From IMG/VR virus record IMGVR_UViG_3300032103_000031, positions 1 through 42,269 of that record: a DNA stretch of 42,269 bases. One strand, 5' to 3'. The notes beneath the pieces were generated by a model. It did not search any database. It saw only the letters and a program-made list of their open reading frames with translations, and had not been told where the DNA came from. Origin of the DNA: a virus (taxonomy: Duplodnaviria > Caudoviricetes). A program made the position numbers and the translations under genes. Of this stretch, positions 1-9,317 are shown one piece after another (the stretch's first letter is position 1; every line of letters starts with the position of its first letter).

Positions 1-30
1 TGCATTGCAGTGCAGTGCAGTGCAGTGCAA
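1..30. repeat. Tandem TGCAG pentamer repeat at the left end
   Basis: tgcat-tgcag-tgcag-tgcag-tgcag-tgcaa read directly. Confidence 0.9.
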
Positions 31-100
31 CGACCGCAGTAGTAGAGACAGAGACGGGTAGGCGATGGAAGCGGCGGGGCGTCTGCGTTGCAGCCGCCCC

Positions 101-129
101 GCTTTACCGCTGCGCTTTACCGCTGCGCT
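101..129. repeat. 13-bp tandem direct repeat GCTTTACCGCTGC x2
   Basis: Copies at 101-113 and 114-126, followed by a partial gct. Confidence 0.85.
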
Positions 130-197
130 GTATTTGGGGATACGGCTAAGTGGCTGTTTTGGTTGGGGGTTTTAGTGGGTGTTGTATATTTATCATA

Positions 198-226
198 TTG
201 ACAAGATGCGCAGCATCCTTTAGGGT
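198..226 (+). promoter_or_regulatory. Sigma70-type promoter for the structural arm
   Basis: TTGACA (198-203), 17-nt spacer, TAGGGT (221-226); the spacer contains the inverted repeat GATGC-gca-GCATC. Confidence 0.6.
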
Positions 227-295
227 GGTGGGCGGGATAGATAATCGGAAGCGATAGCGCCGATTAGATTGCATATATAGAAAGAACCTGCCAAC

Positions 296-493
296 ATGCG
301 CCGCACACAAACACAGCCGCGCGTTCCAATAAGCCGCACAGCACTGCGTGATCTAGTAAACGCCGCAAGTCTTGTGCGCAGACGGCACGGTCTATATGAC
401 GCAGCACGTTGGCAGATGCGTCAAGATCAGCCTACAATGACACAACGGCAGCTAGACGCCTTAGCCGCCATAGCTAAAGGAGCACGATCATGA
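296..493 (+). CDS. Hypothetical basic protein, 65 aa
   Basis: First ORF after the promoter; ATGA overlap with the next gene. Confidence 0.6.
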   Translation: MRRTQTQPRVPISRTALRDLVNAASLVRRRHGLYDAARWQMRQDQPTMTQRQLDALAAIAKGARS

Positions 494-924
494 GCTTTGG
501 CCCGCCTGCTGTAACAGGATACAGCGCATTCTTTGATCCGACACTCGCGCGTCCTGGCAATGGCGCAGAAGTCAACTACAATGCAATGACGCGCTATGGT
601 CGTGAGAGTGTAGAACGTCTTGCGTCGTTCGCACTCTCTCGCAGCGGCTTCCGCGGTATGCGGCGTGCTATGCGTGTGCTGAATGGTGCTGCGCCGGGTG
701 CTGCTGCTGGTGAGACATACACACGTGTTACAGCAACTGCACCGTTCGAGCCTGTTGGTGGTCTGCGGCAGATGGAAGTTGTTGTAGCGAACAGTGGTAA
801 CACAACTGCGGCACAGCGTGACTATCTCAACAACTTCCTGATTGACATGCTGTTCAATCAGTCCCCTGCCGTCTATCCGCCGGACCTGTCTGGCAATGGC
901 GGTGGTGGTAAGGCTGGCGTCTAA
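490..924 (+). CDS. Hypothetical protein, possibly virion-associated
   Basis: SD AAAGGAG, 144 aa, coupled to its neighbours. Confidence 0.75.
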   Translation: MSFGPPAVTGYSAFFDPTLARPGNGAEVNYNAMTRYGRESVERLASFALSRSGFRGMRRAMRVLNGAAPGAAAGETYTRVTATAPFEPVGGLRQMEVVVANSGNTTAAQRDYLNNFLIDMLFNQSPAVYPPDLSGNGGGGKAGV

Positions 925-925
925 C

Positions 926-1828
926 ATGCCCGCTAACAACGAAGCGGCGTATGATCCGCAGTCCTTCGCACGTATGTCGCAGCAAGAGCAACTTGCTGCG
1001 GCAAACGCGCTCTTGCAGCAGATTGGCGCACCACGCACCGCAGAGAACCTAAACCGTGCGATGCTTGCATTGCATCGCGGCGAGAGTATGGAACCTGACC
1101 CGACGATGGAGCGTGCAGTTACACGCACGATGGGAGCTAGTCCTCCGCGTCGCCAGCAGTCACAAGCCGCTCCACAGCGTGGTGGCAGTAGTGAAGATGA
1201 GCGTCCTGACGGTAATCCGCCGCGTCCTGAGCAGCCGCCGCAGCAAGCTGCACAGGAAGATGAGCCTGTTGAGCAGAGCGTGCCTATGCGTAGTGGAACA
1301 ATGCCCGCACCGACGCAGGAATATGCTGGCCGTGCCCCGCCGCCTCCGTTCAACATGCCATCCCAAGCTGCTGTTGACGAGCATGTGCAACGTCTGCAAG
1401 CGAGTGGTAATGGGCAAGCTCGTAGCGTGTCTATTCCCATTCCCGCGGACTTGCTGCGTCGTGGGCTGATTGTAATGATGGGGCGCGGCATGTTGCGTGG
1501 TGGTGGTGATGATGCTGCGCGTATGCTGCCTGGACCTGCCGCACCGCCGCAGGTTGGTGGTCCTGGCAACATGCTCGCACTGCCCGCACCACAGCGCGCG
1601 CTTCCTGCACCGGCTGCTGCGGCTCCTGCGCAAGCTACACGCGGCCCACAGGACATTTCACATCTACCGCCTATGCAGCGTGCGGCTGCTATGGGTCCGG
1701 GTAGTGCGGCAGATGAAATCATGCAGAACTCTCGCCAACTGCGTGAAGGCTTGATCGCTCGCGCACGTAGGCGTGTGTCTGAAACATCTGGTCGGCGTCG
1801 TCGTAGTAATGCTGCGGACGATCAATGA
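926..1828 (+). CDS. Pro/Gln/Ala-rich low-complexity protein with an Arg-rich C-terminus
   Basis: ATG at 926 directly after the upstream stop (MPANNE...), in frame with the 842 ORF; ATGA overlap with the next gene. Confidence 0.7.
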   Translation: MPANNEAAYDPQSFARMSQQEQLAAANALLQQIGAPRTAENLNRAMLALHRGESMEPDPTMERAVTRTMGASPPRRQQSQAAPQRGGSSEDERPDGNPPRPEQPPQQAAQEDEPVEQSVPMRSGTMPAPTQEYAGRAPPPPFNMPSQAAVDEHVQRLQASGNGQARSVSIPIPADLLRRGLIVMMGRGMLRGGGDDAARMLPGPAAPPQVGGPGNMLALPAPQRALPAPAAAAPAQATRGPQDISHLPPMQRAAAMGPGSAADEIMQNSRQLREGLIARARRRVSETSGRRRRSNAADDQ

Positions 1829-2421
1829 CACGCAACCTGCCTGACGCAAATGCACCGTTGGTTGTGAGCGATGGCGTTGCTATTGCCCCAACTGCGTCGC
1901 ATGGCTTCGCACGCATTGAAGTGCCGAGCAACAGTAAGGCGCAGCGGCTTGTGACAGGCACACGTCGTAAGCTGCTAGACCTGCCATTGCCCACAAAGCA
2001 GATGAACAGCTTTGCAGTAGTGCTTGTTTACACTGCTAGTGGCTTGTCTGACAGTGAGATTGCTCTGGCCACCAAGCTGTCTATCGAGCAGATTGCACAC
2101 ATCCGTAAGCAGGCTGCGTATCAGCAGCTAGAAGAATACGTCACATCGGCTGTGATGGAGCAGTCTAAGAACGACGTTGCAGCTATCCTAGCCGAGAAGG
2201 AAGTCAAGGCTGCCGAGAAGATCGGTGATCTAGTCGAAAGCCTTGACGAGAAGGTTGCGCTCGCGGCATCGAAGGATATCCTCGACCGACGCGGTCATAC
2301 ACCGAAGCAGCAGATTGATCTGCGTGCTGAAATGCTCAACACATTCCGCATCGAGTATGTTGACAAGCGTGGTGAGCCGCCTGTGATTGATATGGAGGCA
2401 GATGATGGCAATAGTGCCTAA
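1825..2421 (+). CDS. Probable terminase small subunit
   Basis: HTH-like segment (GLSDSEIALATKLSIEQIAHIR) then helical region with DEKVALAASKDILDRRGH, typical of TerS; upstream of TerL. Confidence 0.65.
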   Translation: MTRNLPDANAPLVVSDGVAIAPTASHGFARIEVPSNSKAQRLVTGTRRKLLDLPLPTKQMNSFAVVLVYTASGLSDSEIALATKLSIEQIAHIRKQAAYQQLEEYVTSAVMEQSKNDVAAILAEKEVKAAEKIGDLVESLDEKVALAASKDILDRRGHTPKQQIDLRAEMLNTFRIEYVDKRGEPPVIDMEADDGNSA

Positions 2422-2623
2422 CTTGGCTGATCCGACAGCAGCAGTAGATTACACACTTGCTGGCATCAACCGCACAGTCACTAGCGGGCCTGTAGGATCG
2501 CTGACGCCTCTGTTCGTTGGCGAGCGTGTGCGCAATAGCACGGACAACTCTCGCTACATTGCTGTAGGGCTCACAAACACACATTGGCAGCTTGTGACTG
2601 CTGTTGACGGAACGCAGACATGA
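2405..2623 (+). CDS. Small hypothetical virion protein
   Basis: GGAGG SD at 2394-2398 before ATG 2405; ATGA overlap downstream. Confidence 0.7.
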   Translation: MAIVPNLADPTAAVDYTLAGINRTVTSGPVGSLTPLFVGERVRNSTDNSRYIAVGLTNTHWQLVTAVDGTQT

Positions 2624-2952
2624 TCAACTTTACAAAGGAGACGCTGCACTCCAAGGCCGAAGCGATCACCTGGGCGAATATGCCTGCCAATGAGCAGGGA
2701 CAGCCCTTCGCAGATTTCTTCGGTGATCGCAGCATGCAGGTTGAGGGTACGTTCGGTGGTGCGTCGGTGACAATCACAGGCAGCAACGATGGCGTCAACT
2801 ATCGCACACTGACTGATCCTCTAGGCAGTCCGCTGGTCATCACGTCTCCTGACATTGTGCAGGTGCTCGAAGCTGTACGCTATACGCGCCCTGAAACAAG
2901 CGGCGGCACTGGCGTAGCTGTCACAGTGTCCATGTTCATTCGGAGGCCGTGA
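2620..2952 (+). CDS. Hypothetical beta-rich virion protein
   Basis: 110 aa with QVEGTFGGASVTITGSNDGVNY, a beta-sandwich-type motif common in phage structural proteins. Confidence 0.7.
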   Translation: MINFTKETLHSKAEAITWANMPANEQGQPFADFFGDRSMQVEGTFGGASVTITGSNDGVNYRTLTDPLGSPLVITSPDIVQVLEAVRYTRPETSGGTGVAVTVSMFIRRP

Positions 2953-3446
2953 TGAACAGCGCGGAGAACCGCAAGCTCGTCAAGGCAATGCTTGCGCCAT
3001 ACAACATGCTCAAGCATCTTGAGGAAGTGTTTGCTGCTGCGGAGGCTGCGGAGCTTTCTCTGCCACAACTACGCAAGCAGATCAGCGATGCGCAGGAAGA
3101 GTTGGCACGTGAGAAGGCGAAGTGCGATGAGCAGTGTGCCGCTTACGCCAGTGACCTCGCGCGTGCCAAGCAGGATGTTGTTGACGGTATTGCAAAGCTT
3201 AACGTCGAGCATGATGCCGCAGTAGCTTCTGCACGCATCGAAGCTAGTCTGCTGCGTGAGAGCCATGTGCTTGAGCTTGCGTCGCTGAACGAAGCACACG
3301 TGGTTTCCAAGGCGCAGCTTGCTGATGAAATCACAATGCTGACGAATCAACGTGATGAGCTTGCGACTACAGTACGCTCGCTCGAAGCGAAGCAGCGTGC
3401 CGCAGAAGAAGCTCTTGCCTCGCTGCGTGCGAAGGTGACTTCGTAA
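2949..3446 (+). CDS. Coiled-coil hypothetical protein
   Basis: Ala/Glu/Leu heptad-rich, 165 aa; GGAGG SD; TAATG coupling to the next gene. Confidence 0.75.
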   Translation: MMNSAENRKLVKAMLAPYNMLKHLEEVFAAAEAAELSLPQLRKQISDAQEELAREKAKCDEQCAAYASDLARAKQDVVDGIAKLNVEHDAAVASARIEASLLRESHVLELASLNEAHVVSKAQLADEITMLTNQRDELATTVRSLEAKQRAAEEALASLRAKVTS

Positions 3447-3817
3447 TGGCGGCCTACCTAGATGATTGGGTGTTGGACAATGGTGTTGCTGCGTTGGTAG
3501 CAGACACCACGCACCTATACATCTGTAGTGCTGCGCCTACGACTTACACCGAGGCTACATCAACATATGCTCTTGGCTCTAAGACAGGACCAACCGTCAC
3601 TGGTCCATCTAATGGTTCAGTCAATGGGCGCCGTGCTATTGTCAGTGCCATCACGGATGGTGTTGTTGCGTCTGCTGGCACTGCATCGCACTTCGCATTG
3701 GTTGACAGTGTGAATAGCCGATTACTCGCAGCACAAGCGTTAAGCGCAACGCTCGCTGTGGATGTCGGGACATTCACGCTAACTTCCATCAGCATTACAA
3801 TCCCTGACGCAGTGTAG
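3446..3817 (+). CDS. Virion structural protein (fibre/decoration-associated type)
   Basis: Ala/Thr/Gly/Ser-rich with GTASHFALVD motif; coupled to its neighbours. Confidence 0.65.
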   Translation: MAAYLDDWVLDNGVAALVADTTHLYICSAAPTTYTEATSTYALGSKTGPTVTGPSNGSVNGRRAIVSAITDGVVASAGTASHFALVDSVNSRLLAAQALSATLAVDVGTFTLTSISITIPDAV

Positions 3818-3824
3818 GTGCATC

Positions 3825-4655
3825 ATGGCAATTACTACACGTGATCAGCTGATTGATGCCTTCACGAACAACTCGCAGCCGTTCTTGTTTGACAAGAGCG
3901 GTGTGGTGCTGTCTGCCCCTGGCCAAACCTTCTCATACTGGCTGACAAGTGGTGTGCCTACTGCCGGCGCGGTACCAGCAGCACCCGTGATTACTACAGG
4001 AGCAACTCCTGGCGCACTATCTGTAACCGCTTCACCTGGCGGAACACGCTTGCACCTTCTGCAAGCGACAATGTCCGCTTCGCAGTCACCCAGCAGCGCC
4101 GAGATACACGATCGCATGGCGCATATGGGCGGACTTTCTATGATTGTCACTACATCGCAGACTGTTGGCCTAGATTTGTCTACCATTGGGCTTCCGGCAG
4201 ATCGCATTGGTAGTGCTAACTACTCGGACGTTGAGTGGTGGCTTGAGATTTTCGCCAACGGCGGAGTTACGTCAACAGTTGCGACAGTGAACGTGACATT
4301 CAACGATGGCACATCGAACAACCTTAGTGGCATCACACTTGGCGCAACGCCGCGTTCTGGCCGCCTCTTTTCACTACAAGCAGCACGGCAAGCAAGTGAT
4401 GCAGGACGGTTTATTCGTGCAGTGAACAGTGTCACACTGAGCCTCAACACAAGTATCGCAGGCAACTTTGGCTTCTCTGCTACAAGGCGGCGTGCGCAGC
4501 TTAGTGTTCCTGTTGCTAGCAAGATCGAGGTGTTTGACTGGGCACAGCTTGGCATCCCATTCATTCATCCTGATGCATGCCTTATGCTCATTGTGCTCGC
4601 CACAACTACGTTAGGCCCAGTCGTGCGCATCAGTGGACGGCTAGGCTACAACTGA
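3825..4655 (+). CDS. Hypothetical virion protein
   Basis: 276 aa, beta-rich, SD AGGTG; TGATG coupling to the next gene. Confidence 0.75.
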   Translation: MAITTRDQLIDAFTNNSQPFLFDKSGVVLSAPGQTFSYWLTSGVPTAGAVPAAPVITTGATPGALSVTASPGGTRLHLLQATMSASQSPSSAEIHDRMAHMGGLSMIVTTSQTVGLDLSTIGLPADRIGSANYSDVEWWLEIFANGGVTSTVATVNVTFNDGTSNNLSGITLGATPRSGRLFSLQAARQASDAGRFIRAVNSVTLSLNTSIAGNFGFSATRRRAQLSVPVASKIEVFDWAQLGIPFIHPDACLMLIVLATTTLGPVVRISGRLGYN

Positions 4656-4990
4656 TGTTTCCAATTCAGCATCCAAATATTGACTACGCACGAAGACTGC
4701 GCGGTGGTGACGTATTTTGGTTTGACGAAGAAGCCAGCCAGACTGCGTGGCTGGACTTCTTCGGTGATGCGCCTGCGTCAACATTCGATCTTACCGCGCA
4801 GGACATTGCTACAGGTGCTCCAAGCATTACAATGCCCACAGTCGGGCAGCCAACTTCTACAGTTTACAACCTCACAGCTACGAACATCACAACAGGTGCG
4901 CCGACTGTATCTAGCCCGACGCTAGCGCAGTCAGGCGTACCAACCACACAGCCGGACTATATCATCACAGCCCGGCGTAGGCGGCGATAG
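4655..4990 (+). CDS. Thr-rich repeat protein with a poly-Arg tail
   Basis: ATG at 4655 overlaps the upstream TGA; two internal ~27-aa repeats (LTAxxIxTGAP). Confidence 0.65.
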   Translation: MFPIQHPNIDYARRLRGGDVFWFDEEASQTAWLDFFGDAPASTFDLTAQDIATGAPSITMPTVGQPTSTVYNLTATNITTGAPTVSSPTLAQSGVPTTQPDYIITARRRRR

Positions 4991-4999
4991 GAGTGCGGC

Positions 5000-5365
5000 A
5001 TGGACCCACGCAGTGAGAAGAACCTGACTGGTGTGCATCCTGACTTGGTACGTGTCATGCGAAAGGCACGCACCAAGATCGCGTTCATTGTAATCGAAGG
5101 ACTGCGCAGCAAGGAGCGGCAAGAGCAGCTTGTCCGCTCTGGTGCATCTCGCACAATGAACAGTCGGCATCTGACAGGACATGCTGTGGACGTGATGGCT
5201 CTTGTTAACGGTGAGGGCCGTTGGGACTGGCCGCTGTATGTCAAGATTGCATACGTGGTGAAGGAAGTTGCGCAGGAAGAGGGTGTTGCCATCGTGTGGG
5301 GCGGTGACTGGCGTAGATTCCGTGATGGTCCTCACTATGAGCTTGACCGCAAGGTGTATCCGTAG
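5000..5365 (+). CDS. Endolysin, M15-family (L-Ala-D-Glu-type) zinc peptidase
   Basis: EGLRS..RQ, SRHLTGHAVD, WGGDW and DGPHYEL motifs. Confidence 0.92.
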   Translation: MDPRSEKNLTGVHPDLVRVMRKARTKIAFIVIEGLRSKERQEQLVRSGASRTMNSRHLTGHAVDVMALVNGEGRWDWPLYVKIAYVVKEVAQEEGVAIVWGGDWRRFRDGPHYELDRKVYP

Positions 5366-5371
5366 GAGGGC

Positions 5372-5545
5372 ATGATGGACTGGTCAATGCTTGTTGGACC
5401 GATGGTTCGGCAGTTGGTGCAGTGGGGCGCTGGTGCGTTGCTTGGCGCTGGTGTTGTCACGCATAATGACGTTGCTGCCATCAGTGGTGCGATTGTGTCG
5501 CTCATCAACATCGGCTTCGTCATTCACGCCAGGACGCGCAAGTGA
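5372..5545 (+). CDS. Putative holin, 57 aa (absent from the ORF track)
   Basis: MMDWSMLVGPMVRQLVQWGAGALLGAGVVTHNDVAAISGAIVSLINIGFVIHARTRK: two hydrophobic segments, basic C-terminus, SD AGGAGG; fills the gap between endolysin and TerL. Confidence 0.75.
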   Translation: MMDWSMLVGPMVRQLVQWGAGALLGAGVVTHNDVAAISGAIVSLINIGFVIHARTRK

Positions 5546-7119
5546 CAAGCTACAGCTACAAGCTTATTGCGGGTAGTGCTGCTGACCGCTTCCATCAAAG
5601 CCGTGCGAAGGTGCGGCTTTATGGTGGAGGCTTTGCCAACGGTAAGACTACTGCACTTGTAGCTGAAACGCTGCGTGTAGCTATTGACTACCCAGGCTGC
5701 ACGATGCTGCTTGCGCGTGCGACGTATCCGAAGCTGAATAGCACGCTGCGTCGTGAGTTTATCAAGTGGTGTCCGAAGGACTGGATTAAGTCCTTTGACA
5801 AGACGAAGGAGAACACGTGCGTTCTCAAGAACGGCACCACTATTGACTTCCGCTACATCGAGCAGCAAGGCAGCGTCAACAACGACACAGGCGAGAGCAC
5901 ATCGAACCTGCTGTCGGCTAACTACGACTTCATTGCAATCGACCAGATTGACGATGTGCAGATCACGCATGAGGATTTCCTGCAACTGCTAGGTCGTCTG
6001 CGTGGCAATACACCGTATGCTGGTGAGGATCACACCATGCCGCGCACTGGTCCGCGCATGATGATCCTGTCTTGCAACCCTACTCTCGGTTGGCCGTTCA
6101 AGCGGCTTGTGAAGCCGGTGCATGACTTGCGCATGGGCAAGCACAATCCAGAGCTTATCTGTGAAGTTGACAGTGAAGGCAATCCTGTGCTTGTCAACGG
6201 ATTTCCTGTGCCGCTCATTGATGTATTTGAGGCAAGCACCTATGAGAACGCACAGAACCTCGAAGGCGATTACATCAAGCTGCTTGAAGCCACCTACCGT
6301 GGCAAGATGCGGGACAGGTATCTCCTGGGCAAGTGGGTGGCGTTTGATGGAGTTGTATATGAGGAGTTTGACGAAAACATCCACGTCGTGCCACACGACA
6401 CTCTTTGTCAATACATCGCCGAGCTTCGCTTGGAAGGGGAGCGACAGTGGCTTGTCGAAGGATACGACTTCGGCGTGACTGCGCCTAGCTGTTACCTGCT
6501 TGGGCTGACTGACAGTGAAGGGCGTGTGTTCCTGCTTGACGGCTTCTACGAGCCGAATGCTAGTATTGTGTGGCAAGCAGAGCAAATCAAGTCTGCGCGC
6601 AGTGAGCATCATCCGCCGTCCAACTGGATGGCACAGACACCGCCAGATATCTACGCTGATCCGCAGATTTTCAAGCGCACCAACGCAGGGCTTCGCACCA
6701 TCGGCAAGAGCGTGGCAGAGATGTTCCGTGAGGAAGGCATCTTCATGCAGCGGGGCAACAACAACATTATGAACGGCATTGTGAAGGTGAAGCAGTATCT
6801 TGTGCCACAACACAGCGTGCTCAATCCCTTCACACACGCATGGGGTTGTCCAAAGCTGTTCATCAGCGACAAGCTGACATGGTTCCGTGATGAGATTGCG
6901 ACGTATCGGTGGAAGCGCAGTCGTAGTGACGAAGCTGTGGACGCGCCTGTTGATGCGAAGAACCACGCGATGGACGCATTGAAATACATGCTGTCAAAGC
7001 AGCCGATGGTCGGCAAGTGGTTTGCGTCTCGTAGTGCCGCGCTGCCTCCTACGCTGCAACGCTGGAATGAGAGTGACCGAGCAGTGCGTGATGGGCGTCA
7101 TCACCGCTACGCATCGTGA
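5542..7119 (+). CDS. terL: Terminase large subunit
   Basis: Walker A GGFANGKT, Walker B-like FIAIDQ, motif III SCNP, RNase H-like GYDFG...ADP...NHAMDALKY. Confidence 0.95.
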   Translation: MTSYSYKLIAGSAADRFHQSRAKVRLYGGGFANGKTTALVAETLRVAIDYPGCTMLLARATYPKLNSTLRREFIKWCPKDWIKSFDKTKENTCVLKNGTTIDFRYIEQQGSVNNDTGESTSNLLSANYDFIAIDQIDDVQITHEDFLQLLGRLRGNTPYAGEDHTMPRTGPRMMILSCNPTLGWPFKRLVKPVHDLRMGKHNPELICEVDSEGNPVLVNGFPVPLIDVFEASTYENAQNLEGDYIKLLEATYRGKMRDRYLLGKWVAFDGVVYEEFDENIHVVPHDTLCQYIAELRLEGERQWLVEGYDFGVTAPSCYLLGLTDSEGRVFLLDGFYEPNASIVWQAEQIKSARSEHHPPSNWMAQTPPDIYADPQIFKRTNAGLRTIGKSVAEMFREEGIFMQRGNNNIMNGIVKVKQYLVPQHSVLNPFTHAWGCPKLFISDKLTWFRDEIATYRWKRSRSDEAVDAPVDAKNHAMDALKYMLSKQPMVGKWFASRSAALPPTLQRWNESDRAVRDGRHHRYAS

Positions 7120-7130
7120 AGGACAATACA

Positions 7131-9305
7131 ATGAGCGATACTACCGAAAACGTGCCACAGCCGATTGCGCGGATGCTTGACGAAGAAGCACCAATCGCTC
7201 CGGCTGACACTAACGCACCTATGTATCGGATTGATCCGACAAGCAAGGTGCCCGTCAGTAAGCACTACGGCAAGCTGTGGGATAGTCGGCTCACGGCTGC
7301 AATGGCTGCGCGCAAGGTGCATGTAGATGCGTGGGATGAGGCAATCCGCTATTACAACCACTCGCAGCTTGAATACCGCGAAGGTGGGCGCGACAACCAG
7401 AGCGGCAACCGCTACTTCTCGCGTAGGCGCAACAATCAGTGGTCCGAGACGGAGAACATCGTCTATGCGAACACGCGCGCCATCATGCCCGCACTCTACG
7501 CGAAGAACCCGCAAGCGGAGTTTAGCACGCCAGACGACGAGCGTAAGCCTTTCGTGCAGATGGTTGAAGATTTGGTCAACGCACTTGCGCCTATGGCTCA
7601 TGCACCTGGGCTGAACCTCAAGGTTCATGCGAAGCAAGCTGTGCTTGCTGCGGAGCTTTGCAATCTCGGCTGGCTTGAATACGGTTATGTGGACCGTGGG
7701 CAGTCTATGATTGCCGCGCAGGAGCAGATTGACGCGCTTGGCAAAGAGCTTGAAGAGGCCAAGGACAGCAAGACACTGCGCGAAGTCGAAGGCAAGTTGA
7801 TGGCGATGGAAGAAACACTTGCCATCCTCACACCGCCTGGACCGTTTGTGCGCTATCGTGCGCCGCATGACGTTGTATGTGACGCCAACGCTGTGTTGCC
7901 TGACTTTTCCGATGCGCAATGGATTGCGATTGCAGAAGTCTATCCGACAGACTACCTAAACGCTCGCTTCGGTGAGCGTGATGAAGATGGACGCATCAAG
8001 TCTCTCTACCAGCCGACGCATGTGCTGTCCGCTGGCGAGAGTGGCGAGGATGATATCAAGAACTTCAAGCTGTTCAAGACAGATGCAGAAGCGTCTGAAT
8101 ACGGCTACAAGAACCGTGAGGCGTTGCAGAAGGCGTATCGCACAAAGTGCTGGCGCATCTGGGACAAGATCACACGTCGTGTATTCCTCTACGCCGACAA
8201 CAAGTGGGATTGGCCTGTTTGGGTGGAGACTGATCCGTATGGCTTGCCGGGCTTCTTTCCGATGCGGGCGCTATACTTCAACACAGCACCGCTTGGCGCG
8301 TATGCACGCAGCAATGTCACGTATTACCTGGACCAGCAAGATGGCATCAATGAAATCCACGATGAGTTTCGTCGTGCTAGGCAAGATATCAAAGAGAATG
8401 TCCTGTTCGATGACGAGTTTGATCGTGACACAGTAGAGAAGTGGCTCAGGGGGGCTGCACCGTCTGCGCATGGTGTGAAGGTGCCAGAGGGTAAGACACT
8501 CAAGGACATGATCCTTGAGAAGCCCAATGCAATGCTGCGTGCGCTGCCCCTGTTCGACGCACAGCGGCTGATGCAGTCTATTGACCGCATCAGCGGCGTG
8601 AGCGATGTGCTACGCAACGTCCAGTTTAAAACCAACACAACGAACAAAGCAATCGAAAACTACAACAGCAGCACCGCAATGCGGCTGGATGAGAAGATTG
8701 ATGCTATCGAGGATGCGCTTGGTAATGTGCTATACGGCATTGGCTTTCTGTGCGCACGCTTCATGCCGCCGGAAGAGGTCGTCAGCCTTATTGGCACAGC
8801 ACGTGCCGGTGAGTGGACCAACTACGATGCGGCACAGCTTCGCATGATGTTCCGCTGCACCGCTGTTGGCGGCTCGACGCAGAAGCCCACAAGCGCAGCG
8901 AAGAAGCAACAGGCACTAGAAATGGCACGCTTGCTAATGCAAGCTGCACAGTTTGCACCTGGCACTTCTATCGAGACTATGATGACGCTGTTCGATGACG
9001 CATTTGACGAGCTTACGCTCCCTGACAACTGGGCAGAGCGTGTTGCAGAAGAGAGTAAGGCATCGCAGCGTCGTGGCAGCAGCGATGTAGGTGCGCAAGA
9101 AGGCGGTGCTGCTGGTGCAGGTGCAGGTGTTCCCGGCGCGCAGGGCGCGGGAGTGTCTGTGGAAGAGATTGCTGCGGCAGTTGATGCACTGCCGCCAGCC
9201 GCAAAGATTGCCCTGGGCCGTGCAATGGCGCAGGGCGTTCCCATCGCAGAGGCTTTGCCGGAAGTCCTGCGTGCTGTGCAAACAACCGGCGAAACGCTAC
9301 AGTAA
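7131..9305 (+). CDS. Portal protein
   Basis: ~724-aa helical protein right after TerL; IDRISGVSDVLR motif typical of podoviral portals; alternative GTG start at 7116. Confidence 0.85.
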   Translation: MSDTTENVPQPIARMLDEEAPIAPADTNAPMYRIDPTSKVPVSKHYGKLWDSRLTAAMAARKVHVDAWDEAIRYYNHSQLEYREGGRDNQSGNRYFSRRRNNQWSETENIVYANTRAIMPALYAKNPQAEFSTPDDERKPFVQMVEDLVNALAPMAHAPGLNLKVHAKQAVLAAELCNLGWLEYGYVDRGQSMIAAQEQIDALGKELEEAKDSKTLREVEGKLMAMEETLAILTPPGPFVRYRAPHDVVCDANAVLPDFSDAQWIAIAEVYPTDYLNARFGERDEDGRIKSLYQPTHVLSAGESGEDDIKNFKLFKTDAEASEYGYKNREALQKAYRTKCWRIWDKITRRVFLYADNKWDWPVWVETDPYGLPGFFPMRALYFNTAPLGAYARSNVTYYLDQQDGINEIHDEFRRARQDIKENVLFDDEFDRDTVEKWLRGAAPSAHGVKVPEGKTLKDMILEKPNAMLRALPLFDAQRLMQSIDRISGVSDVLRNVQFKTNTTNKAIENYNSSTAMRLDEKIDAIEDALGNVLYGIGFLCARFMPPEEVVSLIGTARAGEWTNYDAAQLRMMFRCTAVGGSTQKPTSAAKKQQALEMARLLMQAAQFAPGTSIETMMTLFDDAFDELTLPDNWAERVAEESKASQRRGSSDVGAQEGGAAGAGAGVPGAQGAGVSVEEIAAAVDALPPAAKIALGRAMAQGVPIAEALPEVLRAVQTTGETLQ

Positions 9306-9317
9306 AGGAGCATTACA

